64,000 bases of DNA from the NCBI GenBank assembly GCA_000002445.1, contig CP000070.1, positions 224,001 through 288,000 on the forward strand, written 5' to 3'. The notes below the pieces were generated by a model. The model saw nothing but the letters and a program-made list of their open reading frames with translations, made no database searches and had not been told where the DNA came from. Position 1 is the first letter of the stretch, and the number at the start of each line of letters is the position of its first letter. This document shows, one piece after another, positions 20,269 to 31,682 of this stretch. The position numbers and the translations under genes were made by a program. The DNA is from Trypanosoma brucei (lineage: Eukaryota).

Positions 20269-22019
20269 GGTGAAAGTACTGGTTCCCTGAGAGCGATAGC
20301 AATACAATCACCCTTCTTCACAATTCCGCTGTGATCTATATTATTTGTTTGATGTATTGGTCATTTCGGCGGTCTTGAGGCTAGTATGGAAAAGGAAGCA
20401 CGGAGATACAGGTGTCTTGGTCGTTGCAACTGGTTTAGTGCACAGAGGAGGATGGAAAGATATAATTAAAGGGTGACCGCTGGCGGTTGCGAGTTGGTCG
20501 AGAAGAGTTACGACCTGATGAAAGTGACGATTTGGGAACGGTAGGAGTGAAGAGGAGGGCCGCCCACAAGGCCGTTATTTCCACTATGTAATAATTTTAA
20601 AATGGTGGGGAAAATAAGGCAAGAAGGAAAAAAAAAATAAGAATAAGAAAGGCACGTACAGTTGAAGATTTTGATTTGTTGCCCTAACTCGTTCCCGCTT
20701 GTTAGTGTAAACCTTCCCCTTCGCGCTAGACTAAAGGGTTAAAACCCTGAGGTGAAGGACTGAAGGCTCTCCTTGTATATGTATTGGTATACTAATTTGA
20801 GTTGTCAGCACATATACTTATATACTTGAATATATGCGCATGCACGTGTGCGTGTATGTGTGTGGGTTTACACGACTGCTAGGTGGGCGCGATGGAGATA
20901 TACTTATGTTATCATGTGTGCTGTGGATGTTCGTGTTTTCAAATACACGTTGATTTGTTTGTGTTTGTGCTTGCGTTTTTTTTATGCCCTTAAATTTCAT
21001 CTCTTCCGTTTTAATATGTGCGTTTGATATGAGTTAGTTGCTGTTCACGCAGGGGAGTACAGGGCTACAAAAGGCTCACTGATGAAGGTAGAGTGACCTT
21101 CCCTGTTCTTTTCGGGAAAACGTGTGAGAGAAATGCAAAGGAAGAAGAGAAAATGATAATGATTGTAATAACAAATTGGTGAGATAGAATAAAAAATTTA
21201 AGTGAAAATGAAGGAGTGTGGTGGATACAGTACGTTTGTGTTTGTGTGTAGTGGAGTTGTTTTGGAGTCGGTGTGCTGAAAGGAATGAGAGGTGGAAGCA
21301 ATAAAAGTGAGAGAAAAGTATGTTATACGGAGCGGAGAAGAGAGAGAAAGAAGGGGGGAGGGACGGGGGAATTCACTGAGGGGGCGCGTGTGATGCTGCA
21401 TCATTTCCAAAAAAGGGTTAAATGGTTCCGTGTATCAGCTTGGTTTCCCCTGAGGAGAAGCTGTGTTGTACTCCACAAAGTGGGTAGAACTATCACTATG
21501 CATTTTCAGATGGCTTTTAACACACACACGCATAGTTCTTTGAATGGGTTCGGCTGTTCATAACACGGTTGTGCAAATACTTGTTTATCCTTGCGCATGC
21601 ATACTCTGTTTCTATGGGTCCTCTTTTGTGCTTCAGTTTGCCTAACAATGCAGTTTACCCTTCTGCGTATTTGGGTGTGCGTGCGTCTTCTCTGGTGCCG
21701 TTACCCTCATTGTTTTCTGTATCGGTTGCACTTCATTTTTTGCATCCGTTCTCCCCTTGTTTTCCTTTCGCTTTTATGCCTTTTTTGTTTTGGGGGACCC
21801 CAGGTGTGCATGACGATGCGTTGTTCTTTTTTTCCCCCCCGTTAGTCATTCATTTCTCCCCGTTTTCGTTGATTTTTTCCCTATCTACAATGCACGTGTA
21901 CATATGTCTGCAGTGTGCGGTATCATGTATGACATGTTAACCAATGACGAGGTAAAGATTTGACGTCTGGGAACCAACACGCATCCCCTCTCACGCTCCC
22001 GTATTCGTCCCCCCTTTAC

Positions 22020-22080
22020 TTTCTGTGTTCTTTTTCTTTTCTTTTTTCTTTTCTTTTTTTCTTTTCTGTTTTTTTTTTTA
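22020..22080. repeat. T-rich (TTTTC/TTTCT)n polypyrimidine tract.
   Basis: ttctttttcttttcttttttcttttctttttttcttttctgttttttttttt. Confidence 0.8.
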
Positions 22081-22542
22081 CTAATAGTTTATCTAACTTC
22101 ACTTTCTGCCACGACCACTCCCCGTCTCTTCCCGCTTGTCACTGCAGGGGAGAGTCGAGGGGGTGTTGCGACGCTCGTTTGGGACGAAGCGATTATTCAC
22201 GTAATGTGCCTCTCCTCCCTTTTGTCACAACTGATCCCGTCGGCAAGAGTGGCTTTTTTTTAAAAAAAATTCCCCTTCTTTTTTTTTCCCATTCATTACT
22301 TCTTTTCCCTCATATTCTGTGTTTTTCTTCCCCCTTTCTTCGGTAACACAGTTTATATTGTTTTGTAAGGCACCAGGCGTAACGTACGTGCCGTTTAATA
22401 TGAGAAGATATATAGTAACAATAATAATGATGGTTTTCTGTTTCTTCTTTTTTTCATTTGTGAGCCGGAAAAAAAAACCTACTATCCCACCTGCAATTTT
22501 TTCCCCTTTATATTTATTAATATTGTTAGTATTCTTCTGACT

Positions 22543-22615
22543 ACCATTATTATTATTATTATTACTATCACTATCACTATTGATTTTATTGTTATTGTTA
22601 TTCTTGTCATTTGGA
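22543..22615. repeat. (ATT)n / (ATC)n trinucleotide microsatellite.
   Basis: accattattattattattattactatcactatcactattgattttattgttattgttatt. Confidence 0.8.
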
Positions 22616-25600
22616 TCATTTTGTCCCCTCCACCGCATATGCTTTTTTTTTTTATTGGATGTGTTGAGTGGAGGGCTGCGAAACTAATGATATGGCCTCT
22701 CATTTGACAAGTGATTTCATTCGTAGTGGAAAGAAGCGAACGAATAGACGCAACAAATTGAAAACGGGTAGGCGAAGGAAAGGATGTATTTTTTTTTTTA
22801 AAAAAAAAAATGGAGTTTTCTCGCCTTGTGAGAGTATATAGGATCAGAAAGAGAGAAAGAGAGGGCAAAAAAAAAAAAGAAAGAAAAGGTGGAAGAAGAA
22901 GGAGGCGTTACATCACGGAAAGGAAGTTAACATTGTTTTGCGCCATCCGTTTCAAAGCTTTACGTACCCGCATGTACATAATCGTAAATAGTCCGCGGAT
23001 AGCGGATGCGCGGACTTGCAGTTAGTAAGGGTTTGGGAGAAGAAGATGTTTAATGGGGTGTAAAGTTTTTGATGTATGTGTGTGTGGTTATTAATATGAG
23101 TATATGGTGAGAAGAATATGGAAAGGAAAAAGGGGTGTAACGGAGTTTGGGTTCGGTGGCTGTAATTGGCTTTGGGCGCCGTTACTCCTCATAGTTTGAA
23201 AGCATCCATTTTCTTTTCTTTTCTTTTTTTTCTTTTTTTTTTTTTTAAACAGTCTCTTCGGATTCTTGTTTGCCATGTATATGAGTTTTTATTCACTCCC
23301 CACCCACTACCTTTTTCCCTCCGCAACGTCCCCTGCAAACCTGTTTTTTTTCCCCTTAATCCTTCTATCTTACCTGTTGTTCCTTTTTTTTTTTGGTTCT
23401 GTTGGTTAACTTCCGGGTTATCCACCAGCATCACTTGCTCTCATCCTGTAATTATAGTTTTTCAGGGACAGCACCTCGCAATGTATCGAAAGAACAAAAA
23501 TGGCATGAACGATGGGTTTGTACTTTCAGTGTGGGGAAAGGGTGTGGGTGGGAGGAGTGTAGAAGGATTTATGAACTTGGGTCTTCTTTATAAATAAATA
23601 ATATATATATATATACAAATTTGAGCGGTGCCAGCAGTGATTTTTTTTTTTCTTTGGTGGTGAGGAGGGAGGATTTCGTACGCAGCGTCGCGTGTTGCCT
23701 CCTCCGTTTTGTTTCACCTTTTGAACTTGTTGTGCTGTTAGGTGACAGTGAGAGGAAACTTTTTATGTATGTAAAAGGAGGCTGTGCAAACCTGAAGATA
23801 TGTATGGTGAGTTAGGGATACATCAGAAGGAAAGTGAAAAATCAAGTAAAGAGGTAAATGAGTGCATGTGCGGGTCGATGGAAGGGAGGTGAAAAAAAAA
23901 AAAGGAGAGATAAACATACGTATGAGTGTACCACTGCTTCAAGAGGTGTGATTTCTCAACACAGAGGAAATTTACTTTCCTCCACCTCTTTTTTATTTTA
24001 TTTTGTTGTTCCCCAAAGAATTAGTGCAGGGTATCGCCCAGTTTTTGTTGCCTGTTTCACTGCTGCTTCCTCTCTTTTTTTTTTTTCTTTACTTCATTCG
24101 TTGTGTCGGTCTTAGCCTGCTTTCGTTCGTGCCTCGGTTAGAATCACTGGCTATAACTGTGTCTCCATTGTGAATGTTTTTTGTCTTCCCCCGCTTTATC
24201 CCTTTGTTTGAATCAAAGCTGCTTTCTTCTTCCCCTCATCATCCTTTCACCATCTTTTTTTTTCCCCCTTCTTCTTCTTCCGTTGAATGATTGCACGACC
24301 CCCTTTTACCTTTTTCGTGTATAGATAATTTCCACAACAACTTTACATAACCCCGCGCATAGCATCGGTTATAGCCTATTACAGGCTTTTTCAAGTGATG
24401 TAAGTTCTGCGAGAGGTGTGTGGGTTAAACAAGGTGTAAAATGTGGTTTCTTTAAACACCCAAATTGAGGTGCTGGAGTCCCCCACATCACCACTTTACC
24501 CACCGCTACTGTTTTTTTTTTTGCCTTTTGTTTTGTTTTGTTCAGGGATAAGGCATCATATGCAACGATTGAGAAGCAGTCAAGCTTGCTTATGGTCGGG
24601 GAGGACATTTTGTGTTACCTCTTGCATTTTTTCCCCCTCCCCCTCCCGTGACGTTACATGGTTGAAGGTGAGAGAAGCTGAAAACAACGGACGTGTTGTA
24701 AAGTGAAGTGAAGCGAAGTGGAGTGGAGTGCTGCGTGTATGACTGTGGGATAGTGAGCTGAAGTTGGGGTTGCACTTCAGTACTGCAGCGTGTTTCTCGG
24801 TTTCTCTTTCTATTTCTGTGTGTGTGTGATTGCATTTGTGTTTATACGTGTATGTGTGTAAACGAAAAAAGGTTACCTGGTAGGAGTTAAGGTGTGCGGT
24901 GAGGGGCTTCTCAACATTTTCGGTTTGACTGCTTCCCTTCAGTGGAGCGTAATATCGCCCTTCTATTATCCGCATCTTCCTCTTCAGTATTCTTGAAAGC
25001 CGTGTTGAGCGACATGTGCTGATGGGACACACGGATTTCAAAAAAAAAAAGAAGGGAATGGAGCGTGTATGTATGCATGAAAGTGTGAATGACGGAGGAT
25101 GCGTATCTTACCTGACTTTACTTGATAGCGGTAAGGGAGAGCAGTGGGAGAGCGAAATGAAGGAAAAATGTGGTTAAGTGCACGGAGCAAAAAAAAAAAA
25201 AAAAGAAGGGATATAAAGTCCGTCATTGTAGTGGTGAAGGTGGAAAGAGGTAATTACGGAAAGAAAAAGGAAAGGTGAGCAATGCTGTCGGAAGGGTGTC
25301 ACAAGCTGAAAGAAGGAAATCTATGACGTAATGCGGCTGTTGTGTTTTCAAATACAGAGTTGTGGTAGGTATTCATAGATCCCTTCCCTCCCTCTTTACA
25401 TATATAAATATATATTTTACGACGTGGTGTTCACTGCCTCCAGTTCCTCATTTTTTTTTCTTGTGTTGCTCGCTTTGCTTTTTTCCCCCTGTGGTTACAC
25501 GGTGTTGTTTTTCCATTCGTCCTGATTCCAACCTCTTCCCTCTCACGGTGCTTCGGCGTCGTTTTGATTTGATGCTTGTGGTTCATTGGTTTCCTTGCAG

Positions 25601-26705
25601 TTTTTTGCCATCTGGTTAGTTGGTTGGCTCCTTCCTCCTTGTTGATGAACTGTCCACTTGTTTCGCAGTGCGAGTTGGTGAAACGGCGTGTGCTGTTCTG
25701 AAAAGTGTGTGGTCCCGTCGCTGCACTGCCATCTCACTTATCAGTTTGTTGCGCAGACTATCGTCGGCTAATGCTCTTTTTTTTTTTTCCACCATTCCCT
25801 GTCGTTGCTTACCTTTTGTAATCTTTCAAAGTCGTGTGATTCATCCCTACCTTAATTCTGTTATTTACATAACGAATTTTGTGTTCATTTTCAGCGTTGG
25901 TACCATCATTCTCATTCCTTCAACTTCTCATGGTCCAACAGGTGTGCAGAATGTGTGTATCGGGAAGCGGATTTAGCGGTGTGAGAGAGAGAGGGCGTGT
26001 GACCACATTAAAGGGGTGACGGCATTGATGCAAAGCAAACGAGAAGAAAGAGGATGAAAGGCAAAAAAAAGAAAAAAGAAATAATAGTTGAAAAGGTGAG
26101 GTGGGTACATATCACTCGTCCCACTTACAGTCGCTAAAAAGGGGGAAAAGAAGCAGAAGAAATTGAATTCAATTTAGCATCCCGAGTTCTTGGGTGCGTT
26201 GTTGATGTGGTTGGAGGGGGGAAAGTGGAGGACAGAGCTTCGGTTATATTGTATACGTTTGTATATATACATATATTTATGCATATGCACACCTGTGCTT
26301 GTGGGAGATTGTACGTCAAATAAGACTTACATGGACGGAAGGAAAAAAAAAAGAAGAAAAGAAGTTAGCAAGAAAAGGGGAACAGGTGATTGAGATTGTC
26401 CGCCTTTTATATTTTCTTCAGGACCTCTACTCCGCAGGAGTGATCTTTCCCCATACCATTATTCTTCACGTCGCACCACACTTATTGAAAATTTGGGTTA
26501 CTGGCAATAGCTTTTCGTGATCACAGTAGATTATTTTGTCTTATGCGATTAAGAGAACAACCGCATCTGTACTTTACGCTTTACTCCTTCTACCTCACTT
26601 GATTTATGTCTGAATTTTTTGTTCCCCCAGTAGCAACACCGATATAAGGGGGGCCTCTGCATTGAGAGCTAAATCGTAAGGACTAAGGGTTACTGTGCGG
26701 CTGAT

Positions 26706-26740
26706 CGCGCACACGCGCACATACACACACACACACACTG

Positions 26741-26774
<34 letters not shown>

Positions 26775-26778
26775 TACA
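26706..26778. repeat. (CA)n followed by (TA)n microsatellite immediately upstream of the NMD3 start codon.
   Basis: cgcgcacacgcgcacatacacacacacacactgacacacacacatatatatatatatatatatatat. Confidence 0.85.
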
Positions 26779-28407
26779 ATGGATCTCGATGACGAGTTCA
26801 TTACAAACCGCAGTGAGGCCACCATTCCAAAGGTCCTCTGCTGCGTGTGTGGGCTCCTCATTGACAGTAACCCGAGCAACATGTGTAGCAGCTGCCTACG
26901 CTCTCACGTTGATATCACAGAGTCTGTGCAAAAAGAATATATAATTGTGTATTGTCCCGAGTGCAGCCGCTATTTGCAACCCCCACAATACTGGACTCGA
27001 GCGGATCTAGAAAGCCGTGAGCTCCTTACCATCTGCCTCAAGCGTGTGAAAGGTCTCAGTCGAAACGTTTTCAAACTTGTTGACGCCAAATTTATATGGA
27101 CGGAACCACATTCCAAGCGCCTGAAAGTAAAATTGGTGCTTCAGAAGGAGGTGATGAGCAATATCGTGATTCAGCAAGCGTGCGTTATTGAGTATGTTGT
27201 CGTGTGGCAACAGTGTCCAACCTGTCAGAAGGTGGCTACCGGGCAGCCTCAGTGGGACGCTTGCGTTCAGCTGCGGCAGAAAGTTGCGCATAAGAAGACG
27301 TTTCTTTATCTTGAACAACTCATTCTGAAGCACAAGTTACAGGAAAATTTCATTCGAGTCGAGGCACAGCCCGATGGATTGGACTTCTTTTTTGCACACA
27401 AAAGTCACGCCTTGAACTTTTTGGAGTTTGTCAGTCGCAATAGTCCTGTCACGCGCCGCGATGCCGTACAGCTAGTCTCACACGATAGCAAGAACAATAC
27501 CGCGGTTCAGCATCATACCTTTTCTCTCGAAATTGCTCCCTTGTGCCGTGAGGATCTTGTACTGCTACCTTACCAAAGTTACTACCTGAAGCTTGGCGGA
27601 CTTGGACCTCTCGTGCTTGTCCACAAGGTTTACAGCAGTGTTGTCCTTGTCGATCCTCGGACGCTGCGGGCCAATGAGTTCACAGGGACGTATTATTGGA
27701 AGAAGCCCTTTCTTCCTCTCATGAACTCTCGCGAAATGACGGAATTTTACGTGCTACAGTGTACACCAACTGGTGTAACGAATGGTCGCTATCACTTAGG
27801 TGTTATTACCGTCTGTCTTTCCAGTGAAGTCGGCTACGGACGCGAATGGATCGTCACATCCCACTTGGGTGGGCTTCTGCAGCCGGGTGACCTTGCAATG
27901 GGTTACTTACTGGAAGGCAGAACCTTCAACCATGAGGAATGGGAAAACAACAAGTATAAGCAAGACCAGTTGCAAGAGGTGGTGCTTGTGAGGAAGCACT
28001 TTCCGGCGCAACGCGCTCGTCGCCACAGGCGGAACTGGAAGTTAAAGCGGTTGGATGTTATGGATCCTTCTTGTGCTGAACGCAACGCAAGGCGGCAGGA
28101 AGAACAGGAGGAGGAGCGGCTTGAGTTTGAGGACGAACTGGAGCGAGATGTGGAACTTCGCCGTGATGTACCCATCTATAAGATGCTTGATAGTGAATTA
28201 GCTGAGCGGGTGGTAAAGAAAAATGAAGGAAAAGGAAATGCCAACCCTGAGAATGAGTGTGATGACGACGCGGACGAGGCGCCGCAGATAGCATTGGAGG
28301 AGATGTTGGACGAACTTAGGCTTAGTGACGATGATGAGACCGCTGCTGCCGACGATGAAGAGGCATCCGTCGAAAACGCCAGAAAAAAGAAACGGCCTGA
28401 GGTGTAA
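26779..28407 (+). CDS. NMD3: 60S ribosomal subunit export adaptor NMD3.
   Basis: MDLDDEFITNRSEATIPKVLCCVCGLLIDSNPSNMCSSCLRSHVDITESVQKEYIIVYCPECSRYLQPPQYWTRADLESRELLTICLKRVKGL is the N-terminal four-Cys-cluster zinc-binding domain typical of NMD3, followed by a conserved middle region and an acidic C-terminal tail. The track ORF starts 28 codons earlier inside the CA/TA microsatellite. The ATG at 26779 is preferred. Confidence 0.85.
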   Translation: MDLDDEFITNRSEATIPKVLCCVCGLLIDSNPSNMCSSCLRSHVDITESVQKEYIIVYCPECSRYLQPPQYWTRADLESRELLTICLKRVKGLSRNVFKLVDAKFIWTEPHSKRLKVKLVLQKEVMSNIVIQQACVIEYVVVWQQCPTCQKVATGQPQWDACVQLRQKVAHKKTFLYLEQLILKHKLQENFIRVEAQPDGLDFFFAHKSHALNFLEFVSRNSPVTRRDAVQLVSHDSKNNTAVQHHTFSLEIAPLCREDLVLLPYQSYYLKLGGLGPLVLVHKVYSSVVLVDPRTLRANEFTGTYYWKKPFLPLMNSREMTEFYVLQCTPTGVTNGRYHLGVITVCLSSEVGYGREWIVTSHLGGLLQPGDLAMGYLLEGRTFNHEEWENNKYKQDQLQEVVLVRKHFPAQRARRHRRNWKLKRLDVMDPSCAERNARRQEEQEEERLEFEDELERDVELRRDVPIYKMLDSELAERVVKKNEGKGNANPENECDDDADEAPQIALEEMLDELRLSDDDETAAADDEEASVENARKKKRPEV

Positions 28408-28763
28408 AGGCGAGATCTAATTAAAAGACGGAAACTGCACCACCGCAGCAGGGAAATCCAATTACATGGCTACCGGGGAGGGGAAAAGGTTTGCCACGTG
28501 TGTAATGTAGGGGTTCCCTTCTCTGTGTGTTTGTGTGTGTGATGTTTGCGCATAAAAATCTTTTGTTATTAATACGGTACGTTAATCGAGGACACTATAT
28601 ATAAATTTATTTTCTAACCTCAGTGTTACCTTGCTTCAGGTGCTTCATGGGGTCAGGATTCCAACGAGTTCAAGACTTTATATCCCTTAACCCCGCTTAG
28701 CTGTTTTATCCTTTCATTTTTCGTTTCTGCCGTAGTAGACAAAATCAATACTTACAGAGGTGT

Positions 28764-31682
28764 TTGCTGCCCGAAGGTTTGTCAAATTGTGTCCATTGCA
28801 TAGCCATGAAAGTCGCAGGTTCAATTCTCGCATTACTGCGCAACAGACTACCAACTGCACCTCTACATCCAGTGACTGCAGCGGAGCTTCTGTGTGAGCT
28901 TCATCCATCTGAAGATCGAGTTGTGTCCGCCCATCTTGTGGGATGTGTGGAAGGGAATGGTGTTTTGCTATCGCTTCCCGTCCTACTCGGCCTCATTCGA
29001 CGCGGTTACTCCGACTCCTTAAAATCGTTTGGTAGTTCTGCACTTAGTCAATGGGGACCAATGGAAGAAACAATTTTTACTGCACTGTGGGTGCAGCTGC
29101 GAAGCCAGCGGGAAAGTTTAGTTGAAGTTGGAAGTGGTCCGGATGCCACAGACGGGATCGGTGAGAGTGAAGCCCAAGTGTCAGCACCGGAGAGACTCCA
29201 CGCAGATTCCTGTCTCCTTATTGAGAGGATGATGCTTTTGATGATTAGCCTGGGAAAATTTGTGCTTCACTCAACACTCACGCTGAAGGGTGTTCGCCTT
29301 CAGCTCTTAGCTGAAGCACTGTCACCACTATGCGATGCTGTCGAATCAGCATGGTGTCGCATGGCAGAAGCCAGGAATGCTGGTGAAATCCCTTCTGAAA
29401 GATTGCTGGACATCAGTAAGTTGGTGGCAAGGTGTGTTCATATATACGGAAAGTATTTTGCGGCGTATCATCACATATTTTGTGCAATTTTATTTACTGG
29501 TGTTGAAGCATCCCGAAAACTACTCGAGGCGCAGCTACCCTTGACCGATCGCGAAACACTCGCACGCGTACGTTCAGCTCGTGATGTGCTACTGGAGGTC
29601 AAGCCGCTGTTGACGGGACTGTTGGTTCGTGCTTCCTCTCGAGAAACTCAGAGGTACGTTACGGAAGTTGAGGAGTGGTTGGAAATGATTGTCAGTCTCG
29701 TTGAAACGCCTGTCCTGAAGGCCGTTGGCCTGCAACTGAGAAGTCATATCTGTAGTTTGGGCTCCTCTGGCAATGTAGATAACAGTGAAATTCTCGGCGC
29801 GGAGTTGAGAAATTGTTACATTGTGATGATGCACACAGCAGCGGTTTTGCTCGCAATGCGCTTTCACCGCAACCGATTTTTTGAGGAATGCAACTTCTGT
29901 GTGCGTGCGAATAATTTGATTGCTCAGGGCCTGAAAACGATATGGTGGATGCTAGACACCATTACCATGTCCATGGGGTCGCCAAATAAGGCTGTAGAGC
30001 TGCAGGATCTCCACTCCGAAGACAGCGTAACGTGGTGTGAGTGGGGAAACTGTTGCGAGGTAGCGGAAGTTGTTCGTAGGTTTTTCCCCCTTTATAGCGA
30101 TGACGCTCGTGTGTCTAAGATGGCCTTGACAAACCCTTATTTCTGCGTGTCTCACCACCCTCCGGTAAGTGAAATAACTAGCGTTCTTCTGCGCATACTT
30201 CGTGCGGCGTGTCATCGTCTCGCTAGGTCTGTTGCTGGTGATGGTGATTTGCAGTGCTCTACTGTTCCTTTCGTCGTTTTTCTTCAGATTGTACGGGCTG
30301 CACTCAGTTGGGGAGATGCATGTCATGAAGATGGGGGACTCTCCCCGAGTTTTGTATGGTCGACCATCCGTGCAACTTTACCCCGTCAGCTTCATGCATC
30401 CTCACCGCCACTTTGGACTGTGTTGGTGTTACTGGAAGATCTTGGCGCCTCCGCATATTTCTGTGCATATCATTGCCGGGTGAAGTTGAGCATTGAAGAC
30501 AGGACTGTAATTGATGCAATGAAGGAAATGTGTGACAACTGCTTGGCGTATCTGAACAAGCGTTACTTATGCGATGATGACCTAGCTGATGCTGATGTTA
30601 TTTGTCGTGTTCTCCATACCCTCGCCGCACTGAAAACGAGGGAAAGAGACCAGTCCACGCTCTTTGGAGGAGACCTTTTTTCTAGACATTCCACCCTAAT
30701 GAATCATTTAAGGAAGCAGCTTGTGCCACTGGACCAAGGTGTGCTGCGTCGCTCGGGTGGTTCATCCACGAGCTCAAGCCGTACGGGAATAAACAATCTG
30801 GCAGGTGATCCTCAAGGTGGGGACTTTCATGGAGGTGCTTACTGGTTCATCTGTAGTGCGTGCGAAACGAATATTCTTTGGCAGAAAGGTACCGCGTCAA
30901 TTAGCTCCCCGAGCAGTTGCCACTGCTGGATGCGACGCAATGACCCAGTTGAGGCTGTGGTAGCGTGCATAGAGCTGTTTCTTCCATTACTTGGACAGGA
31001 AGATAGGGTTGGAGACCACGAGCATTTTATGGAGGATGCTTATCCTACTTTACGGTCTGTGTACAATGCTGCCATCCTTAGTTATTGCACCACGACTCCT
31101 TTGTGCGGTAGCTTGGGATCCGATGAACTTTTTTCTTCAGATTGTGCCCTCCCATCAAAATATGGGACCGGTAGTGAACGCCAACCCCTGGCGCCTACAG
31201 CATTCCTCGTGGAGTGTCACCAGTATCTTCTGTTGCTTTACCCAACTGCAATGCAGCCGCAGCATGCGTATCGGATATTGAGGGTTATGCTAACTACCTC
31301 ACCACTTCTTTTTGCCCACACACCGCAATTGGCGCGCTTCCTTTTCCGTTGCCTTATTCCAGTGGAAAGGGGCAGAAGTACAAGCGCCCACGACTTCATT
31401 GAGAGTTGCGATCCCCAAGAGTTGTGGCAGGTTCTTTTGTGTGCCTGTGCCACTCAGGTTGCGTGCGCTGGGTGTAAAACCTCGTCAAATAATGTTCGTC
31501 GCGATGAGGGAGGCAAAGTGCCGATCATACCCTCAAGCATTTGGAGTGAAGATGCTGAAATTGTTTTTGGTGTTTTGTACGACGTTGGCAACAGTGATGT
31601 GGGAGATAACGACACGTTTCTTACCATACGAGGGCATGTGGTTCGTAGGGCGATGGAGATTCTACATGCACAGGGTCTTTAA
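28764..31682 (+). CDS. Large hypothetical protein (972 aa). No confidently recognisable domain. Possibly alpha-helical repeat architecture.
   Basis: Uninterrupted 2.9 kb ORF with coding-like composition on the polycistron strand. An alternative start, MKVAGS, lies at 28806. Confidence 0.55.
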   Translation: MLPEGLSNCVHCIAMKVAGSILALLRNRLPTAPLHPVTAAELLCELHPSEDRVVSAHLVGCVEGNGVLLSLPVLLGLIRRGYSDSLKSFGSSALSQWGPMEETIFTALWVQLRSQRESLVEVGSGPDATDGIGESEAQVSAPERLHADSCLLIERMMLLMISLGKFVLHSTLTLKGVRLQLLAEALSPLCDAVESAWCRMAEARNAGEIPSERLLDISKLVARCVHIYGKYFAAYHHIFCAILFTGVEASRKLLEAQLPLTDRETLARVRSARDVLLEVKPLLTGLLVRASSRETQRYVTEVEEWLEMIVSLVETPVLKAVGLQLRSHICSLGSSGNVDNSEILGAELRNCYIVMMHTAAVLLAMRFHRNRFFEECNFCVRANNLIAQGLKTIWWMLDTITMSMGSPNKAVELQDLHSEDSVTWCEWGNCCEVAEVVRRFFPLYSDDARVSKMALTNPYFCVSHHPPVSEITSVLLRILRAACHRLARSVAGDGDLQCSTVPFVVFLQIVRAALSWGDACHEDGGLSPSFVWSTIRATLPRQLHASSPPLWTVLVLLEDLGASAYFCAYHCRVKLSIEDRTVIDAMKEMCDNCLAYLNKRYLCDDDLADADVICRVLHTLAALKTRERDQSTLFGGDLFSRHSTLMNHLRKQLVPLDQGVLRRSGGSSTSSSRTGINNLAGDPQGGDFHGGAYWFICSACETNILWQKGTASISSPSSCHCWMRRNDPVEAVVACIELFLPLLGQEDRVGDHEHFMEDAYPTLRSVYNAAILSYCTTTPLCGSLGSDELFSSDCALPSKYGTGSERQPLAPTAFLVECHQYLLLLYPTAMQPQHAYRILRVMLTTSPLLFAHTPQLARFLFRCLIPVERGRSTSAHDFIESCDPQELWQVLLCACATQVACAGCKTSSNNVRRDEGGKVPIIPSSIWSEDAEIVFGVLYDVGNSDVGDNDTFLTIRGHVVRRAMEILHAQGL

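Larger units (their letters stand above)
20269..26778. other. Unusually long (~6.5 kb) gene-free, low-complexity intergenic tract. Pyrimidine-rich on the coding strand, with poly-T, (TTTTC)n, (ATT)n, (TG)n and (TA)n runs.
   Basis: No ORF over 153 aa. The listed ORFs are low-complexity translations (poly-N, poly-F/L/S). Polypyrimidine content is on the plus strand, consistent with transcription in the polycistron direction. Confidence 0.6.

Noticed and set aside
21569-23597. Several 120-145 aa ORFs in the gene desert (for example 21569..21940, 22225..22638 minus, 23166..23597).
   Set aside because: They are translations of poly-T, (ATT)n and poly-A runs (poly-F/L/S/N/K), carry no domain signal, and sit on both strands. 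They are treated as non-coding.
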